From Octopus sinensis (taxonomy: Eukaryota): a stretch of 64,000 bases of DNA. Within the stretch, counting starts at the first letter, position 1; the number at the start of each line of letters is the position of its first letter. Under the pieces are notes generated by a model that was not told the DNA's origin, did no database searches, and worked only from the letters and a program-made list of their open reading frames with translations. The DNA lies in contig NC_042997.1 of NCBI RefSeq assembly GCF_006345805.1, forward strand, positions 79,794,001 through 79,858,000, in the 5' to 3' direction. Positions 61,158 through 64,000 of the stretch are shown piece after piece. The translations under genes and the position numbers were made by a program.

Positions 61158-64000
61158 TATGTCCAAGACCATATAACCCAATGTGTCTGTAAAAACTAAC
61201 ACTTCCTTTCTCCAAGCTTAGATTCAAAACTGAATCTAAGGATTCTTGCTCGTCTGATCCATCACTGACCAAACAGGCACGAAAGAAGTAAGGGTCTAGC
61301 TTGTCCCTGCTTGAGATCTGAAACCAAATCCACCGGCTTGTTGCTTGTCAAAATGAGCAGGAAATCCTCCACACTAGATGATTGCTGAGGAAACACTCCA
61401 ACCCCTAGGACCTGTACTGGTCAGTCCTTTGTTTAAGGTTTGACCTACATTACTGACCATAGTCTATAAAACTGAGAGAATTTTCTATCTCTTCCTCTGA
61501 TGTGACAGCTATGACCAAGGAGCAACACCCGCTTTTACATCAGCCTTAACCAAGAGCAGCACTTCCCATTGCTCAACATGCAAGGAGAGGCTTTAGGCCA
61601 TAAGAAAGGCGATGCCACCTTTATCCTTTCTTCCTTTCTAGTCAGCACCATGACTACCTTACTCTTTCCCTCTCTACTGACAGACAACCTTTTTCTACAG
61701 AGCAACTACTAACCAGCAAGTCATCCTTGTCGTCACTATCACTAGAATTGCTACTGTCTCTATAACAACCTGTCAGGTAAACGAATAAATATATGTAAAT
61801 AACATTTCTTCCTTCTTGGTGTTAATTGTTCAATGTTCACTGGATATTCCAACATGAGAACCTTGAAGCACTACATCTATATGCTACATTTAGTAATGGG
61901 CTATATCATATCAAATTGATATGGCACATCACATCCAGCTCTCTACATGTCCATCCATTATTTAATGACAGTTTGGTGTGATTTAAGGAACATTGCGTGT
62001 TATTTTTAGCAGGTTGAACAAGTTATGTAGAACCTCTCTTGTTCGGTCAAAGAAAAGCAAGAAATCATAAAGCACAAACTCACTGTAAGAAAACATGTTA
62101 ACTCGAACTATTCAGTGCATTTTATTCTATTTGTTCAACCATGTGAATAAGTCATTGGTGCAACAGGCTTTTGTAAGGAAGCTACTATTCGTGATGCTTC
62201 TATTATTGACAGGCATTCCTATTCTGTTTGACAAATATTGTTAAAAAAAACTTTTAAAAAGAACTCTCTCATTCGCTCTTTTTCTCTTCTCTTTCACCAC
62301 CCTCTTTTTTTAATTTACTCAGTTGACACTTTCTTCTATGTCATTCATGAAAATAAACATTTTTTCAAGAAATAAATAGGCATATTTGAACCCATTATGT
62401 TACTGCAGTTTTTTTTTAAATGCCATCTCTTTAAAATAAAAGAATTCTAAAGATGCACAGCTACTGCAGCTAGGAAAATAATCTAGAAATGTATAGAACA
62501 CACATTGGTATTTTAGAGGAAACATCATGCAGGCTAAAATATGCAGCAGAGTTAAATTAATAATTTTATAGCACAATTCAAACGTGTCTTTTGATGAAAA
62601 GCCAGCTTGTTCAAGTTAATAATTTAACAAATTTTGCAAGCTGCTATCTAAATGCCTGTTTAAATGAAACATTCTATTGATTATAAACAGGTCATACTAT
62701 TTCATAGACAAGTCAGTAGGCAAGCTGCAAGGGTCAGAGGTTTGGATCATAGCATGAATGGCGGGAAAGATATTTGAATTCAAGAAAAAGGTCACAGAAA
62801 AAAAGAAATGCAGCAAGAAAGCCATTGGTAAAACGCTATGTGCGGCTACAAGAACACCTTCATAACTTTGTGTTGTTTGGTGGGAGAAACACAAAACTGT
62901 GGCAGAGTTTCTTCATGGAATATTCATCTTAGTTATCAACATTAAAAATTCTGCATATACATGTAATGCCATAATGCTATGTAAGGTATTTTCAATCTGT
63001 ACATGAGATTTTTTGCTTCATTGTCTTATTTTGTTTAAGAAATTGAATAAAAGCTTTTTGCTTCACATATGTGTAATGCCATCATATATAAATTGTGTAC
63101 AAGTCATGTATTGTCAGTTAAAATATTTTTGTTTCATTACTTTAATTGTTTATAGTATTTAAATAAAATGTGACTTTTTTACAGACACCAGATATTTAAC
63201 TCTCAAAAACTGAGTTGTCTTAAGAATTCAGTTCCCAACTGGATGTAGTAACAATACTGTAGAATTAACAAATATTTTAGTGGTTTGTGTTTTATTTATT
63301 TAACTAATTATTTATTAGTTCAGCTTTTCCTGTGTGTAAAGCTACTTGCATCACTCAAGGGAGGAATCTTATTTCTCACCCTTTTAACAGTACAGAACCA
63401 AAGTTCAATATGGCCCCATTAGATCTTTGCTGTTTGGAGCAAATTAGATTTGATTGTTAATGATAATGACTTTTCAACTGAACAGAAATTGGAAGAATGA
63501 AAGCCAAAGTCGATGTGGATGGATTTCAAACTCAAAACATAAGAAATACTTCTGAATACTACAAAGCATTTTGTTCAACACTCTACTGTTTCTGCCAATC
63601 TATAACAGAAGATGACCTTGTGTTATGTAAAATATCAACACACATACTCCAATATCTTGATTTATTTTCATGCCTCATTTCGCTTACATTATATTGAATT
63701 ATATCTCTGTTATTCAATATTGTATTGAAGCCTAACTTCAGTTCATGTTAGCTACAGGAGTATATTAACCAACATTTTTCAAATATTATTCTTACTGGTG
63801 CCAGTGGATATTTTTATATGCATGAGAAACAAATTGGTGTCCAGGGGATATATTACATGGCTGTATGAGTTATTAATCAGGAAGAAACCACCCTTACATT
63901 TTGGGGCAAAACAGGAGTAAAACCTGTGCAAAACAAAATGAAAAATTCAAAAAGAAAAAGCAAAATAATTAAGAAATTCACTGAAGGATAATTGTCGACT

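Noticed and set aside
62753-62932. 59-codon basic open frame (HEWRERYLNSRKRSQKKRNAARK...) after a possible acceptor
   Set aside because: Weak acceptor and no recognisable family; the stronger acceptor at 62690 has stops in all three frames. It would need RNA-seq or tBLASTn support.
63497-63697. 66-aa ORF near the window end
   Set aside because: No motif or splice support.

Overview
AT-rich, (TA)n-laden eukaryotic genomic DNA, most likely from a coleoid cephalopod (Octopus-like). This is inferred from the SINE, RTE and Helitron repeat repertoire; no database search was run. The only host gene I can support is the 3' end of a TMBIM4/Lifeguard-4 (Bax-inhibitor-1 family) gene on the + strand: a 46-nt exon at 429-474 spliced in frame across an 8.2-kb intron to the terminal exon at 8680-8883. 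The rest is a layered transposon landscape: about 12 RTE-type LINE pieces whose RT carries an inserted PHD-like zinc finger, tRNA-derived SINEs, four non-autonomous Helitrons, two mariner relics, a Chapaev3-like DNA transposon with TAA TSD, a piggyBac-like MITE and a decayed Gypsy element. The most striking signal is a cluster of minimal type-I hammerhead ribozyme (HHR) motifs from several apparently unrelated Penelope-like/retrozyme-like repeat families, all embedded in (TA)n tracts. They include two young tandem arrays with one HHR per monomer (about 545 nt x4.1 at 16.3-18.5 kb; 398 nt x2.3 at 28.1-29.0 kb) and a fold-back element with the same HHR on both strands (24.0-25.0 kb). Each family has its own palindromic stem III, and several carry a CCGAnGA core variant. 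Ribozyme activity and expression are untested inferences.
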